DNA of 64,000 bases, taken from Eledone cirrhosa. Lineage: Eukaryota. The first letter of the stretch is position 1, and each line of letters begins with the position of its first letter. Location of the stretch: assembly GCA_964016885.1 (NCBI GenBank), contig OZ024758.1, positions 40,114,001-40,178,000 of the forward strand, read 5' to 3'. This document shows, piece after piece, positions 63,101 to 64,000 of the stretch. Below the pieces are notes generated by a model. It was not told where the DNA came from. It made no database searches and saw nothing but the letters and a program-made list of their open reading frames with translations. Position numbers and translations under genes: made by a program.

Positions 63101-64000
63101 TTAGCTTAGGATAGCTTAGGATAGCTTAGGTTAGGATAGCTTAGCTTAGGATAGCTTAGTATAGCTTAGCTTAGGATAGCTTAGGATAGCTTAGCTTAGG
63201 ATAGCTTAGGATAGCTTAGCTTAGGATAGCTTAGCTTAGGATAGCTTAGGAAAGCTTAGCTTAGCTTAGCTTAGGATAGCTTAGCTTAGCTTAGCTTAGG
63301 ATAGCTTAGCTTAGCTTAGCTTAGGATAGCTTAGGATAGCTTAGGATAGCTTAGCTTAGGATAGCTTAGCTTAGGAGAGCTTAGCTTAGGATAGCTTAGG
63401 ATAGCTTAGCTTAGGATAGCTTAGGATAGCTTAGCTTAGGATAGCTTAGCTTAGGATAGCTTAGGATAGCTTAGCTTAGCTTAGCTTAGGATAGCTTAGC
63501 TTAGCTTAGCTTAGGATAGCTTAGCTTAGCTTAGCTTAGCTTAGGATAGCTTAGCTTAGCTTAGCTTAGGATAGCTTAGGATAGCTTAGCTTAGGATAGC
63601 TTAGGATAGCTTAGCTTAGGATAGCTTAGGATAGCTTAGCTTAGGATAGCTTAGGATAGCTTAGCTTAGGATAGCTTAGCTTAGGATAGCTTAGCTTAGC
63701 TTAGCTTAGGATAGCTTAGCTTAGGATAGCTTAGGATAGCTTAGCTTTGGATAGCTTAGCTTAGCTTAGCTTAGGATAGCTTAGCTTAGCTTAGCTTAGG
63801 ATAGCTTAGCTTAGCTTAGCTTAGGATAGCTTAGCTTAGCTTAGCTTAGAATAGCTTAGCTTAGGATAGCTTAGCTTAGGATAGCTTAGCTTAGGATAGC
63901 TTAGGATAGCTTAGCTTAGGATAGCTTAGGATAGCTTAGCTTAGGATAGCTTAGCTTAGCTTAGATTAGGATAGCTTAGCTTAGCTTAGGATAGCTTAGC

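Larger units (their letters stand above)
42503..63535 (+). repeat. Long-range duplicated block, copy 2
   Basis: The same barcodes occur at 42553, 44238, 49414, 50069, ~50723, 60176, 60969 and 63377. Offsets are 42502, 42452, 42482, 42482, 42482, 41823, 41823 and 41823. Confidence 0.93.
1..64000 (+). repeat. Compound simple-sequence satellite: (TTAGC)n interspersed with TTAGGATAGC, equivalently TAGGA(TAGCT)1-6; array extends beyond both window ends
   Basis: Every line parses into TAGCT/TAGGA pentamers plus rare variants. Local periods are 10, 15, 20, 25, 30 and rarely 35 bp. No inverted (GCTAA)n segment and no unique insert was seen. Confidence 0.99.

Noticed and set aside
1-64000. Protein-coding ORFs on the + strand
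   Set aside because: TAG occurs in nearly every pentamer and the 5-bp period cycles it through all three frames, giving a stop about every 15 nt. The rare ATG variants (TATGA, GATGG) reach a stop within a few codons.
1-64000. CRISPR array
   Set aside because: There are no unique spacers, no 23-47 bp direct repeats separated by distinct sequence, and no cas genes or leader.
1-64000. Canonical telomerase-synthesised (TTAGG)n or nematode (TTAGGC)n telomere
   Set aside because: Tandem TTAGG is limited to rare TTAGGTTAGG variants (e.g. 270-279), and TTAGGC was not seen. Shared SNP barcodes across kb blocks indicate recombinational amplification rather than fresh telomerase addition.
1-64000. G-quadruplex-forming array
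   Set aside because: Only GG doublets spaced 10-35 bp apart are present, and GGG appears only in isolated variants, so stable three-tetrad G4 is not supported.
1-64000. Deliberate binary code or synthetic DNA
   Set aside because: The A/B order is explained by nested duplications with inherited point mutations, as expected for natural satellite evolution; no adapters or framing were seen.
1-64000. Pure sequencing noise or basecaller stutter
   Set aside because: Rare variants recur in identical order at exact offsets (e.g. 2549, 41823, 42482), which random error would not produce. Copy number could still be misassembled.
1-64000. GATA-factor binding site array
   Set aside because: The context is GGATAG, not the canonical WGATAR, and there is no gene nearby.

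Overview
The whole 64 kb window is one uninterrupted, single-orientation satellite array with no unique sequence, genes, RNA genes, transposons or CRISPR spacers. It uses two pentamers, TAGCT and TAGGA, both 40% GC. It parses most simply as a 5-mer TTAGC interspersed with a 10-mer TTAGGATAGC, because I found no TAGGATAGGA: each TAGGA is followed by 1-6 TAGCT. Rare point variants, used as barcodes, reveal nested higher-order structure: a ~1.6 kb repeat (x4), a ~3.2-3.3 kb repeat (x3 or x2), 0.8-3.5 kb local duplications, and a near-identical long-range copy in which 1-~21.7 kb recurs at ~42.5-63.5 kb (offset ~41.8-45.0 kb). All 19 register shifts are 1-bp deletions at the same GGAT position of the decamer. 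It looks like eukaryotic heterochromatic, centromeric or telomere-related satellite (it contains the arthropod telomere word TTAGG), but organism and function cannot be determined from the sequence. All coordinates were read by eye, and block boundaries are approximate.
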